The notes below the pieces were generated by a model. It made no database searches, was not told where the DNA came from, and worked only from the letters and a program-made list of their open reading frames with translations. DNA of 64,000 nt, taken from NCBI GenBank assembly GCA_041906785.1, contig JAYRIM010000017.1:210-64209 (forward strand). Reading direction: 5' to 3'. This document shows positions 18,566 to 27,824 of the stretch, in pieces. This DNA comes from Candidatus Levyibacteriota bacterium (GTDB lineage Bacteria > Patescibacteriota > Microgenomatia > Levybacterales > UBA12049). The translations under genes were made by a program, and so were the position numbers. The number at the start of each line of letters is the position of its first letter. Position 1 is the stretch's first letter.

Positions 18566-20323
18566 TCAAGAGCTCATCTTCTTTAATTCTTCAATTGCTT
18601 CAGAGAGTGTAAGAAGTTTCGTATTGCTTTCCCTTCTTACTTTCCATTCAACTTTATCTTGCGTTTTAGTACTGATCACCAATCTAACAGGAATACCTAT
18701 CAAATCAGCATCTGCAAATTTTTCTCCAGCGCCGACATTCTCTCTATCATCATACAAAACCTCAATCCCAGCAGCTTGTAACTTTTCATAAATATCTTCT
18801 GTTTCAGATTTGAGATTTGAATATTGAGTTTTGAGATTTATCAAATGAACCTGGTATGGCGCAACTGTTTCCGGCCAGATTATTCCTCGATCATCATGGA
18901 ATTTCTCTACAATAACGCCCATTAAACGTGAAGGTCCTATTCCATATGAACCCATATATACTTCTTTTTTCTCTCCATTTTCGTCTGTATAGTAATAATT
19001 AATTGCTTTTGTAAATTTCGTATTTAAAGGGAAAATATTACCAACTTCTGCCGCACGGAAAACCTCATACCTTTCACCTGTTTCAGGATATATGTCGCCA
19101 TCTTTTGCAATTTTAAAATCATAAAATTTTTCAGGAAGCTGGATATCTCGACCCCAATTTACGTTAACCGTATGATAATCTGTTTTGTTTGCACCACATT
19201 CGAAATTTTTACGGTTCGCTGTAGACTCATCAAAAAATACTTTAACATCTGAAGAAAGATTTAAAACGCCTGCATACCCTACTTCAGCACCTGTTACTTT
19301 TTTAACAACATCTGCAGAAGCCAATTTGATCGCTTTACATCCAATAATTTTAATTAATTTTTCTTCATTAATATCGTATCCTCCTCGAACAGCAGCCGCG
19401 ACAACATTACCCGTATCTGTCTCAAACAGTAACGTCTTAGTAGTTTTTTCAACAGGGATTTTTAGAAAAGCTGCAAGTTCTTCAACACCCACAATCCCTA
19501 CGCCTAACACATCTTCTCTATCCTTCATTTCTTCATCAGTATCATTAAGAGCCGGTGCCTGAGAAGGAGCAATCTCTCTATTAAAAGCTATGTTTTTTGA
19601 TTTTACATAGAAAACAGTATCTTCACCCGTTTCACAACGAGTTTGAAATTCATGTGAGAAGTTTTTCGTAAAATCTCCTCCGGATGCTAACGTTATAAAT
19701 GTATCCTTACCTATACCAACACGACGGAATACGTTCATATACACTTCTTTCGCTTTTTCATAATAATCTAATAAATCTTCCTCAGACGTATGGAAACTAT
19801 ATAAATCTTTCATACGGAACTCTCGACCGCGCATTAAACCTGATTTAGCGCGTGCTTCATTTCGGAATTTAGTCTGGATTTGATAAAAAGCGAACGGAAA
19901 ATCTTTATAACTTGTATTAAACTCTTTTGCCAAAGGAGTTACCATGTCTTCATGTGTACAACTCAGAATATATTCATTTGTGTTTTTCGATTGGGAAAGT
20001 TTATTCGCACCTGATGTTTTCATTAAAACGTCAACAGTTTCCAACCGTCCTGTTTGCTCCCATATTTCCTTAGGCGCAAGTGACGTCATGAGAATTTCAG
20101 TACCGATCTTATCCATTTCTTCACGAACGATTTGTTCAATTTTATTTAAAACGCGCAATCCCAGATGAAGAAATGTATAAACACCAGCCATTTCTTGGTG
20201 AATAAATCCAGACTTCTGCAATAATGTAGCATTTATAGACTCGAATTCTTTTGCGTTTTTTCTCGTTTTTATATACAGTTTCGAATATCTCATATGAATA
20301 ATTTCTTGTGTTAAGTATAGCAA
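18566..20323 (-). CDS. proS: Prolyl-tRNA synthetase (bacterial type with INS editing domain)
   Basis: Class II motifs. Editing-domain signatures (KTLLFETD, GAEVGYAGV). C-terminal anticodon-binding domain. The true start is probably MRYSK at about 20293. Confidence 0.95.
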   Translation of the reverse strand: MLYLTQEIIHMRYSKLYIKTRKNAKEFESINATLLQKSGFIHQEMAGVYTFLHLGLRVLNKIEQIVREEMDKIGTEILMTSLAPKEIWEQTGRLETVDVLMKTSGANKLSQSKNTNEYILSCTHEDMVTPLAKEFNTSYKDFPFAFYQIQTKFRNEARAKSGLMRGREFRMKDLYSFHTSEEDLLDYYEKAKEVYMNVFRRVGIGKDTFITLASGGDFTKNFSHEFQTRCETGEDTVFYVKSKNIAFNREIAPSQAPALNDTDEEMKDREDVLGVGIVGVEELAAFLKIPVEKTTKTLLFETDTGNVVAAAVRGGYDINEEKLIKIIGCKAIKLASADVVKKVTGAEVGYAGVLNLSSDVKVFFDESTANRKNFECGANKTDYHTVNVNWGRDIQLPEKFYDFKIAKDGDIYPETGERYEVFRAAEVGNIFPLNTKFTKAINYYYTDENGEKKEVYMGSYGIGPSRLMGVIVEKFHDDRGIIWPETVAPYQVHLINLKTQYSNLKSETEDIYEKLQAAGIEVLYDDRENVGAGEKFADADLIGIPVRLVISTKTQDKVEWKVRRESNTKLLTLSEAIEELKKMSS

Positions 20324-20766
20324 GGCTCTTCTGCAATAACAATTGGTTCTTCTCTTCGTTGAAATTGATGGATAACAGCATCAGTAAAAATAACAATCTC
20401 TACTCCATCACGAATTTGCTGCTTTCCCATTTTTCGTTCTTGTCCTTCTTCTGTTACGAAAGCCGTGACAGGAATTCTTCGATTATTTCTATGCTGTCTC
20501 CCTCCTAATACTCTCTGTAAGATAGTATTTTGACCAAAATCTATCCTTACTTCCTGACCAGTTCCATCAGAATTCGCAGGTGCAAAGGCTAAATTGATAA
20601 AACCATTTCCTGTTTCATGTTTTCCTGCTACGTCAGGAAGTTTTGCAATTGTATATATTCCTTCTGTAGTACCATTCTTTGAGAAGGTATGAATATCCAA
20701 ACCTTTTTTTGCAAGGAGATCTTCAGCTTTTATTCCAGTAATCTTTATTTCAGTCGTCATATGCAC
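20311..20766 (-). CDS. Hypothetical 151-aa protein immediately upstream of and overlapping proS
   Basis: Protein-like composition. There is a weak N-terminal resemblance (LLAKKGLDIHTF) to YbaK/ProX deacylases, but the GGxSPxG motif is absent. Left unassigned. Confidence 0.4.
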   Translation of the reverse strand: MHMTTEIKITGIKAEDLLAKKGLDIHTFSKNGTTEGIYTIAKLPDVAGKHETGNGFINLAFAPANSDGTGQEVRIDFGQNTILQRVLGGRQHRNNRRIPVTAFVTEEGQERKMGKQQIRDGVEIVIFTDAVIHQFQRREEPIVIAEEPCYT

Positions 20767-20810
20767 AAAAAAACCGCCCTTAATCCCGATCTCATCGGAA
20801 CAAGGACGGA
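20767..20810 (-). terminator. Intrinsic-terminator-like hairpin plus U7 tract abutting the start codon of the 20311..20766 ORF
   Basis: On the minus strand, ccgtcctt-[gttccgatgagatcgggatt]-aagggcgg is followed by ttttttt, then gtgcat-ATG. Confidence 0.5.
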
Positions 20811-21112
20811 AATAATTCTGTAACTCAAATTTTTGACTTTTAACTTTTGAGCTTTGAATTAATTCGTGGTACCACCTTGCTTTCGCTTGCTACAAAAAAT
20901 CCACCTTTCGGTGGAACAACAGAACTATAGCAATTGCTTATTTCTGCGCTCCGTTGCCGACACGCTTTATCGTATTTCTTGTCCTCCGTAGTTTTAACGA
21001 AGGACGGATACGGTTGACTTCCGTATTGCTCATCGCAATCAGCTCATTTGGCGGGAAACCAAACTTCTTGTCCTCCAAAGCTTTAGCGAAGGAGGAATAA
21101 CGCTTTATTAAT

Positions 21113-21148
21113 GAATATAATAAAACAACTAGCTAGCCTTGTCAATAA
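21113..21148 (-). promoter_or_regulatory. Near-consensus sigma70-type promoter (TTGACA-N17-TATTAT) firing into the structured leader
   Basis: The minus-strand sequence is cttatTGACAaggctagctagttgtttTATTATattc, located just after the gnd stop. Confidence 0.5.
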
Positions 21149-21154
21149 GTTTTT

Positions 21155-22126
21155 CTACTTAGTCTTTACTGCATGTCCTCCGAATTCTCTTCGCAATGCA
21201 GCAACCATCCTTGCGGCAAATGATGAGGAAATTGTAGTATCAGTACTTGACCTTCTCCGGAAATCCAGTGATTGTTCGATATTTTCTACTGGTACATGTT
21301 CCTCTCTTCCCTGTTTCACTGTCCATTCAGCTTCACCCGTAGCACTAATTACACCATCCAAACCTTCTAATCGAGGATCTTTCTCCAACGCTTCTTTTGC
21401 ACAATCAAGCAGGAAACTGGAAACTATAGTTCCTTTTTGCCAAAGTTTTGCAACATCAACCAAACTGAAATTATATGGCGCTTTCTCTAATACACCGAAA
21501 CCTTCACCAATCGCTTGCATCATGCCATATTCAATACCATTATGAACCATTTTTACGAAGTGCCCAGCTCCATCTATGCCGAAATACGCATGCCCTCCAT
21601 TTGGCTTTTTAAGAGTCTCCAAAATTGGCTCAATGTGAAAATATGCTGTTCTGTCTCCACCGACCATTAACGGATACCCATTTTCTGCAGCTTTAATACC
21701 TCCACTAACTCCTATTCCTAAATATCTTACACCTTTATCTCCAGCAATCTTACTTCTCCGTTCAGTATCTTTATAAAAAGAGTTTCCACCGTCTATTATT
21801 ATGTCTCCCTTTTCAACAAACTTAAGGATCTCTTGGAAAAGAGTTTCTGTCGCTTCTCCAGCTGGAACCATCATCCATAAAACGCGAGGTATTGTAAGAC
21901 TCTTCACAAGTGCTTGAATATCTACTGGAGCGATAAACCGTTCCTCCAAATGTTTTTCGCCTAGAACCAAACGAAATTGCTCAGTTACCTCTCTGCTTCT
22001 ATTCCACGCGACTACTACATGACCGTCGAGCAATAATTTCTCAACCATTCTCGTTCCCATTTTTCCAAGCCCCATAAATCCTACTTGCATAATCTCATTA
22101 TAAATTTCTCCATTCTCATTTCTCAA
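21155..22126 (-). CDS. gnd: 6-phosphogluconate dehydrogenase (decarboxylating), short NAD-binding form
   Basis: MQVGFMGLGKMGTRMVEKLL Rossmann N-terminus. 6PGDH C-terminal domain motifs (GHFVKMVHNGIEYG). Confidence 0.85.
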   Translation of the reverse strand: MRNENGEIYNEIMQVGFMGLGKMGTRMVEKLLLDGHVVVAWNRSREVTEQFRLVLGEKHLEERFIAPVDIQALVKSLTIPRVLWMMVPAGEATETLFQEILKFVEKGDIIIDGGNSFYKDTERRSKIAGDKGVRYLGIGVSGGIKAAENGYPLMVGGDRTAYFHIEPILETLKKPNGGHAYFGIDGAGHFVKMVHNGIEYGMMQAIGEGFGVLEKAPYNFSLVDVAKLWQKGTIVSSFLLDCAKEALEKDPRLEGLDGVISATGEAEWTVKQGREEHVPVENIEQSLDFRRRSSTDTTISSSFAARMVAALRREFGGHAVKTK

Positions 22127-22136
22127 CTCTCAATCT

Positions 22137-23585
22137 TTACTCTATCCACTTCCTACCATCTTTCTCAATAAGTTCTACTGCTTCTATCGGACCACTCGAT
22201 CCATCTTCATAAAAAGGAATATTAAATCTCTTTTTTTTATTTTCCTTACCCCACCCTTCTAAAATCGTTGTAATAAACTCCCAGGAACTTGAAAGTTCGT
22301 CTGAACGATTAAAAAGCATCTGATCGCCTGAAAAAATATCCAGTAATATTTTTTCATAAGCGTCAAATTTGCTATTTCCAAATTCTGTTTCGTAAGTAAA
22401 TTTCATAGTAACAGTACTAAAAGCAAGTTCATTTCCAGGTTTCTTTATGAGCAATCGTAAATTAATTCCTTCATTTGGCTGAATATAAATCGTAAGAATA
22501 TTTGGTCGTTCCCGCGAACCAAATTCTTTAAAAAGCCTATGGTTTGTTTGTTTAAAAACAAGAGAAATTTGTACTGCATTATTTCGCAATCTCTTGCCAG
22601 CACGGATAAAAAAGGGAACATCCGAAAATCTACCAGTATCTACAGCTAATTTCATAGCAACAAACGTTTCAGTTTTACTGTTTTCATGCACATCCTTTTC
22701 CTGTAAATAACTTTTATATTGACCGCGAACAACTGAAGAAATAACGTCTTCATTAAAACATCGTAGTGATTTAATTGCTTGCGCTCTAGCATCACGAACT
22801 GCTTCTCTCGAAAAACTCCTCGGCTGTTCCATGACAACAGTCGCTATAAGTTGCATGAGATGATTCTGTGCAACATCCCGAAGCATGCCTACCCCTTCAA
22901 AGAACTTTCCCCGTGTTCCAATTCCTTTTGTTTCCGCCCATGTTATCTGCACATGGTCGATATAGTTTCTATGCCAAACTGGCTCGAAAATACTATTTGC
23001 GAAACGAAATGCAAGCATGTTCTGTACTGTCTCTTTACCCAGATAATGGTCAACACGAAATATTTGTTCCTCATCGAAAATACTCGCTAGTTTCTCATCT
23101 AAATGTTGTGCTGTGATAAGATCTTTACCGAATGGTTTTTCAATAGCTATCCTTGTCCACCTTCCAGATTCACGTTTTCTTCCTTCTGATAAACCTGTAT
23201 TCTCAAGAAAATTTAAAATATTTTCGTAGTTGTCTGGAGGTGTGGCTAAATAGAATATACGCATAAGACTCGCTTTAAACGTAGCATCGAGTGCGTTTAA
23301 TCTTTCAATAAGAGCTTTATATCCTGCTTCTTCATCAAAAAATCCTTGCTGGTATGAAACATGTTCCAAAAATTCTTTACAGTCTTTTTTATCAATCACC
23401 ATATCTTTACAAATAGCATCTCGATAGGCATCATCTGACAAGTCACGTCGAGAAAAACCAATGATAAAAAACTGTTTTGGTAACATGTTCTGTTTAAATA
23501 GCGAAAAGAGAGAAGGAAGTAATTTATTACGTGCGAGGTCGCCAGTTGCGCCAAAAATGACGATAATAAATGGCGTTTGAATCAT
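22137..23585 (-). CDS. zwf: Glucose-6-phosphate 1-dehydrogenase
   Basis: FGATGDLA NADP motif. RIAIEKPFGKDL and DHYLGKE active-site signatures. Confidence 0.9.
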   Translation of the reverse strand: MIQTPFIIVIFGATGDLARNKLLPSLFSLFKQNMLPKQFFIIGFSRRDLSDDAYRDAICKDMVIDKKDCKEFLEHVSYQQGFFDEEAGYKALIERLNALDATFKASLMRIFYLATPPDNYENILNFLENTGLSEGRKRESGRWTRIAIEKPFGKDLITAQHLDEKLASIFDEEQIFRVDHYLGKETVQNMLAFRFANSIFEPVWHRNYIDHVQITWAETKGIGTRGKFFEGVGMLRDVAQNHLMQLIATVVMEQPRSFSREAVRDARAQAIKSLRCFNEDVISSVVRGQYKSYLQEKDVHENSKTETFVAMKLAVDTGRFSDVPFFIRAGKRLRNNAVQISLVFKQTNHRLFKEFGSRERPNILTIYIQPNEGINLRLLIKKPGNELAFSTVTMKFTYETEFGNSKFDAYEKILLDIFSGDQMLFNRSDELSSSWEFITTILEGWGKENKKKRFNIPFYEDGSSGPIEAVELIEKDGRKWIE

Positions 23586-23657
23586 TTTCTAGTATACTAC
23601 TTCATCAATTCTAAACATGCAATAAGGAAATTGAAGACTATTTAAAGAATACGATTT

Positions 23658-24452
23658 CTATAAAATGTACTGCTCCAAGAATACAACTACTTCCTGATTT
23701 ACTCTTTTCATCTGTTCAGCATCTGTTCGATATTTATGCCTAATCGGAAGTTCTACGAAACTTTTTGGATTAGCTGCTTGATCGTATATTGTTCGTACAT
23801 GGCCAAGAGATATCATCCTATCAAATGTCCCTGCGATGAAGAGTTTAGGAGCAGCGATTTTCCTTGCTGCTTCTATAGTGTTATATTCTGGATCTTGTCC
23901 ATCATCATAAAAAGTCACTGGCACCGAAAATTCTTCCTGTTTTCCATCTATAGTCGGATGATCTACATGGAACATTAAAGCATTTTCTCTCCACTGAGTC
24001 TGTCTATCTTGTAAGCGTTGAGCTACTCGTTGCGATGGCATAATTGCACAAATTCCTGATATTGGATGTCTTGCTCCATCAACAAGTGCGAGAAAAGCAC
24101 CCAGACTATGGCCAACATTAATTGTTTTAGAACCTATACCAAATTGTTTATCTGACCATTGGTAAAGTTCCTTAATATCGGCAAGCATTCGGCTAATTGT
24201 ATACTGCGTCATATCTGCTTCCTTATACTTTTCTCTTCCCTTCCATGTACCATATGGTACAAAACCAATTGTCGTTAATCCCAATTCATTTAGTTCTTTT
24301 GCCAATAGGTCTATGTGAGCATGCCAAGGAGATTCTAAAAATCCAGGAAACATATATGCCCTACCTCTTGAAGTAAAGTCTGGATCATTAATGACAGCTG
24401 AAAAAGAAGTATTGTCTCCTGCACTTGAAGGAATTTCAACTTCTGCTTTCAT
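23658..24452 (-). CDS. Alpha/beta-hydrolase fold protein
   Basis: Nucleophile elbow GHSLGA. Lies inside the pentose-phosphate operon. Confidence 0.7.
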   Translation of the reverse strand: MKAEVEIPSSAGDNTSFSAVINDPDFTSRGRAYMFPGFLESPWHAHIDLLAKELNELGLTTIGFVPYGTWKGREKYKEADMTQYTISRMLADIKELYQWSDKQFGIGSKTINVGHSLGAFLALVDGARHPISGICAIMPSQRVAQRLQDRQTQWRENALMFHVDHPTIDGKQEEFSVPVTFYDDGQDPEYNTIEAARKIAAPKLFIAGTFDRMISLGHVRTIYDQAANPKSFVELPIRHKYRTDAEQMKRVNQEVVVFLEQYIL

Positions 24453-24553
24453 GGCTGGATTGTATCACATGAAAAGAACCATCGTTAGATAAGTGAAAGA
24501 ATTGTTTGTAATTGTATAGTAGAACGCACTATGCATATAGCAATATATCCAAC

Positions 24554-25318
24554 TTAATAGAGCGTCTGATCAGTAATTACAACAGTCTTTTTTGCTATTT
24601 CCGGCCTCAAAAAAAACCGTGCAGGTACTTCTTCTTCTTTTCCTTGCTCAAACATAGATCGTAATGCTTGAACTTTTTCTTTTCCAAAAACGAGAAGAAT
24701 ATATACGTCAAGCATTGATAATCCAAGAAACGTCATAGTAACTCTTTTTTTAAAGGTACCATTAGAATCATCAAACCAATCTACCATTGAACATGCGTGA
24801 CTTTTTTCAAACAATGGATTTTCAAAATCTGAACGATTTGGAGCGATTCCTGCTGTATGTCCATCAGCTCCAATTCCTAAAATTCCAACAGTCTTGGAAT
24901 ACACAGTTAATAATGAACGGACGAGCTGATCATATCGCTCTGCAGTTTCTTCAATGCTTAATCCATGTAAGATTGAGTAGTAAGGAAAATTGAGGAGTTT
25001 AAGATATCGAAGTAACCCTGTCTGAAAAATCATTTTTTCATTACTATGTTCATGCATTACCTCTCCATATCGTTCGTCAATTAATCCGATAGCACCTGGG
25101 GAAAATTTCTCTTCTTTTGCTAGTTGTTCATATAAAGGTTTAGGGGTTGATCCACCTGATAGATATACCATTGTCTTCATATCAACAATGGCATAGAGAA
25201 TTTCTTTTGCTATTGTAATTCCTTGATCTTTATCAGCAACTGCGCAGAACAAAATATTTGAATATTCATGGGGATATAAACCATATGTGGCCAGGGTGGA
25301 TATAACACTTTTTCGCAC
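24554..25318 (-). CDS. pgl: 6-phosphogluconolactonase
   Basis: YLSGGSTP, IDERY, and GIGADGHTAGIAP motifs of the NagB/Pgl family. Confidence 0.8.
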   Translation of the reverse strand: MRKSVISTLATYGLYPHEYSNILFCAVADKDQGITIAKEILYAIVDMKTMVYLSGGSTPKPLYEQLAKEEKFSPGAIGLIDERYGEVMHEHSNEKMIFQTGLLRYLKLLNFPYYSILHGLSIEETAERYDQLVRSLLTVYSKTVGILGIGADGHTAGIAPNRSDFENPLFEKSHACSMVDWFDDSNGTFKKRVTMTFLGLSMLDVYILLVFGKEKVQALRSMFEQGKEEEVPARFFLRPEIAKKTVVITDQTLY

Positions 25319-25425
25319 ATGTATATTGTAACAAATCTATTAGCTTAAAACATAACCGTTCATGATGGATTAATCGTCTGCCAGATACCAAACATACCTG
25401 ACTTTGACGAACACGGTTATATTTT

Positions 25426-25941
25426 TTATAACGGTGCTACCGGCGCTACTACTGCTGCCGTTAAACCTGCCTCTACAGCTGCTGCAGGCGCTATTCCTGC
25501 TACTGCCGGCTCAACAACTGCTGACTCAACCCCAATTCCAGCTACTTGAGGAGCTATACCAGCTACTTCAATTCCTGGAGTAATACTTGCTGTCTGTACA
25601 TTAAATACTTCTACTCCAGTTCCAACTCCAGAAACAGGATTTACAACCTCTCCTCCTACTCCTGGGATTTGGCCTCCTGTTTCTAATCCTGTAGGATTCC
25701 CAGCAATCTGAGTTGCGGGTGTATTATCTAATGTATGTCTGGCAATTATCCTTCTCGTTACTTCGCTAGTGGCTCCCTGAATTACTCCCCGTGCAATTGC
25801 ACCCGAGACATCATGCCCTTCTCTTTGAGCATTCTTAATTGCCATCTGTCTTGCTGCCGCTTCTTGTACCTCTATAGGAACTTGTGAATATTCTCCCATA
25901 TTTCTCACCTCCTTCGAGTGCCATAGTCTTGACGAAGGCAC
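25426..25941 (-). CDS. Gly/Ala/Val-rich hypothetical protein
   Basis: Low-complexity GVG/AGI repeats. The likely start is MGEYSQ at about 25896. Confidence 0.35.
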   Translation of the reverse strand: MPSSRLWHSKEVRNMGEYSQVPIEVQEAAARQMAIKNAQREGHDVSGAIARGVIQGATSEVTRRIIARHTLDNTPATQIAGNPTGLETGGQIPGVGGEVVNPVSGVGTGVEVFNVQTASITPGIEVAGIAPQVAGIGVESAVVEPAVAGIAPAAAVEAGLTAAVVAPVAPL

Positions 25942-25995
25942 TCTTCGGTCGCCTTAATTTTGATGTTGGCGGCCCTTCGTCCGCCGAAGCTTTAA
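25921..25995. repeat. Cluster of GC-rich small hairpins with a CCTTCG/CGAAGG and GAAGCTTTA core
   Basis: cgaaggcactcttcg, ggcggcccttcgtccgcc and ccgccgaagctttaagcgaaggcgga. The last one is about 80% identical to cctccaaagctttagcgaaggagga at 21075-21100. Confidence 0.45.
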
Positions 25996-26168
25996 GCGAA
26001 GGCGGATTTCGCTGTAGATCAATTACAGTCGTAGAATAACAAAAAGAGGCCAGCACCTTCTTGACGCTATAATGACAGCTAGCTAACAAGATGCTTACAA
26101 AACATTGTGCTTGTAACTTGTAATGCAAGAGATTTTACGTAATACGTTATACGCTACACGTTTCACGA

Positions 26169-27377
26169 CTATTTGAACAACTGTGTGAGGTCTTTAAATG
26201 TAATAAGAAGAATGAGGATCATCAGGACTGTCATTCCCACAGTATGAATCATTCCTTCAATGCGAGGAGATACTTTTTTCCCTGTTATTCCTTCAAAAAG
26301 TATAAAGAATAACCGTCCCCCATCAAGAGCAGGAATAGGCAAAACATTAAAGAACGCTAATGAAATCGAAAGAATTCCAGCCAAGTTTAGAAACTGTAGA
26401 AATTGCTCTCTTACATCTGGAATCTGGCTTATCATCCCGCCCAAAGATACGACACCTACTGGCCCTGAAACACTTTGGCTTAATGGCTCAACCGACTGTC
26501 TCTTAAATGCTTCAGAGATAAATGACCCAAGAACTGAAAAATTATATGACATAAGATTTATTGGGTGGGTTATTCCAGAAAACGTTTTTTGTAATGGTGT
26601 CTCATAAAATAAGTACGCAACTGGAAAAAAGGCAATACCTGTCGGTCCTTCGTAGTTTGAATGTTTGGCTCGGGGTGTAATAGTTATAGTATGTTCTTCC
26701 CCCGTAATAATTTTTGCATGTTCAATTCGTACAGGTGCCCAAGTCATCGGAAGAGGTTTCCCTTTATATGCATTTACAGTTTTAATAATTTCCTCTACAT
26801 CACGTAACTGTTTATTATTAATAGAAAGAATTTTTGCAGGTGCTTTTATACCGGCTTTATCTGCTGGTGAGCCAGGAGTAACGTAAGAGATTATAGGTTC
26901 AGTATTCCCTTTTACATCGTTTACATTTATTTGTGTTACACCAAAAAACGTATGGTCTGCCAATAATGGAAGTTCAACTTTAAATCCGCTCATTCCGAGA
27001 AAAATATAGTAAATAAGAAATGCGAGTAACGCATTCATTACTACACCAGCGACAACGACACTTGCCCGTTGCCAAACTGGACGGGCGAAAAAAGCACGCT
27101 GCAAATCTTCCCCTGAAATATTTTCTGATGGATCTTTTGTCGATAGTTTTCCACCACCCGCTTCATCTTCACCAAACAATTTTACAAATCCGCCGATTGG
27201 TAGCCAGTTAATCGAATACACAGTTTCACCAACTTTTTTAGCCCATGCTTTCGGAGGAAAACCAAATCCAAATTCCTCAACTTTTATACCAAGTTTTTTT
27301 GCTACGAGAAAATGACCAAGTTCGTGGATTAAAACCAGAACACTTAATATAAATAATGTAATCAGAATACCAACCAT
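26169..27377 (-). CDS. rseP: RIP zinc metalloprotease (site-2 protease) RseP
   Basis: HELGHFLVAKK HExxH in TM1, a PDZ domain, and the C-terminal LDGG motif. Confidence 0.9.
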   Translation of the reverse strand: MVGILITLFILSVLVLIHELGHFLVAKKLGIKVEEFGFGFPPKAWAKKVGETVYSINWLPIGGFVKLFGEDEAGGGKLSTKDPSENISGEDLQRAFFARPVWQRASVVVAGVVMNALLAFLIYYIFLGMSGFKVELPLLADHTFFGVTQINVNDVKGNTEPIISYVTPGSPADKAGIKAPAKILSINNKQLRDVEEIIKTVNAYKGKPLPMTWAPVRIEHAKIITGEEHTITITPRAKHSNYEGPTGIAFFPVAYLFYETPLQKTFSGITHPINLMSYNFSVLGSFISEAFKRQSVEPLSQSVSGPVGVVSLGGMISQIPDVREQFLQFLNLAGILSISLAFFNVLPIPALDGGRLFFILFEGITGKKVSPRIEGMIHTVGMTVLMILILLITFKDLTQLFK

Positions 27378-27397
27378 AATTTTATTTTACCATGTCT

Positions 27398-27428
27398 ATA
27401 GCTTAGAGCATAGAGCATAGAGCTTAGG
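27398..27428. repeat. Left inverted repeat of four-helix-bundle cassette 1 (tagcttagagcatagagcatagagcttaggg)
   Basis: Reverse-complement partner at 27794-27824 (ccctatgccctaagctctctgctcttagcta). Confidence 0.7.
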
Positions 27429-27783
27429 GTTTTAAAATGGATGCTTTAAAAGCTCTTATTTTTTTAGATAATATTTCTGCCTTGTTATATAAATCTTTAT
27501 ATGTCTGATGAGAGATATAGTGTAACTCTTTTGCAACAAATAAATGTGATACTGCTTCATATAAAGACTTAACTGAAACATCAAGAAAATATGCAAATTC
27601 TTTCTTTGAAGAGCTCCCACTTCCTTCCGAAATATTTGCAGCAATAGAAGTTGCTGCCCTTCTTAATTGATCAACTAATGAGAAGAATTCCTCACGGGGA
27701 AATGTTTTTGTAATTATATAAATATCTTTAATGAACAATACAGAATCTTTCCAAATATCCAAAGTTTCAAATCTAAATGCCAT
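27424..27783 (-). CDS. Four-helix-bundle protein (TIGR02436, '23S rRNA intervening-sequence protein' family)
   Basis: DQLRRAATSIAANISEG hallmark. About 120 aa. Confidence 0.85.
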   Translation of the reverse strand: MAFRFETLDIWKDSVLFIKDIYIITKTFPREEFFSLVDQLRRAATSIAANISEGSGSSSKKEFAYFLDVSVKSLYEAVSHLFVAKELHYISHQTYKDLYNKAEILSKKIRAFKASILKP

Positions 27784-27793
27784 ATATAATCTA

Positions 27794-27824
27794 CCCTATG
27801 CCCTAAGCTCTCTGCTCTTAGCTA
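27794..27824. repeat. Right inverted repeat of four-helix-bundle cassette 1; overlaps the frr stop codon
   Basis: See the left arm at 27398-27428. Confidence 0.7.

Noticed and set aside
20311-20766. Assigning the ORF upstream of proS as YbaK/ProX Cys-tRNA(Pro) deacylase
   Set aside because: The gene context is attractive and there is a weak N-terminal resemblance (LL.K..L.IHTF). However, the GGxSPxG and conserved Lys motifs are not identifiable.
20865-20878. Calling the GGUGGUACCACG motif a functional T-box riboswitch feature
   Set aside because: It is a 12/13 match to the T-box core and lies upstream of proS. However, the motif is about 80 nt from the terminator and separated by simple-repeat DNA, so the canonical antiterminator/terminator overlap is absent. 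It is kept only as a finding to be tested with a covariance model.
20767-21150. tmRNA, RNase P RNA or SRP RNA in the structured GC-enriched spacer
   Set aside because: I looked for the tmRNA tRNA-like ends (GGGG...UUCGA...CCACCA), the RNase P P4 motif (GGAAAGUCCGG/ACAGAACCCGGCUUA) and SRP domain IV (GAAGGAAGCAGC). None is present.
25835-26128. 97-aa ORF spanning the GC-rich hairpin cluster
   Set aside because: It overlaps the start of 25426..25941, is made largely of hairpin-repeat sequence, and has no protein-like features. It is more likely non-coding.
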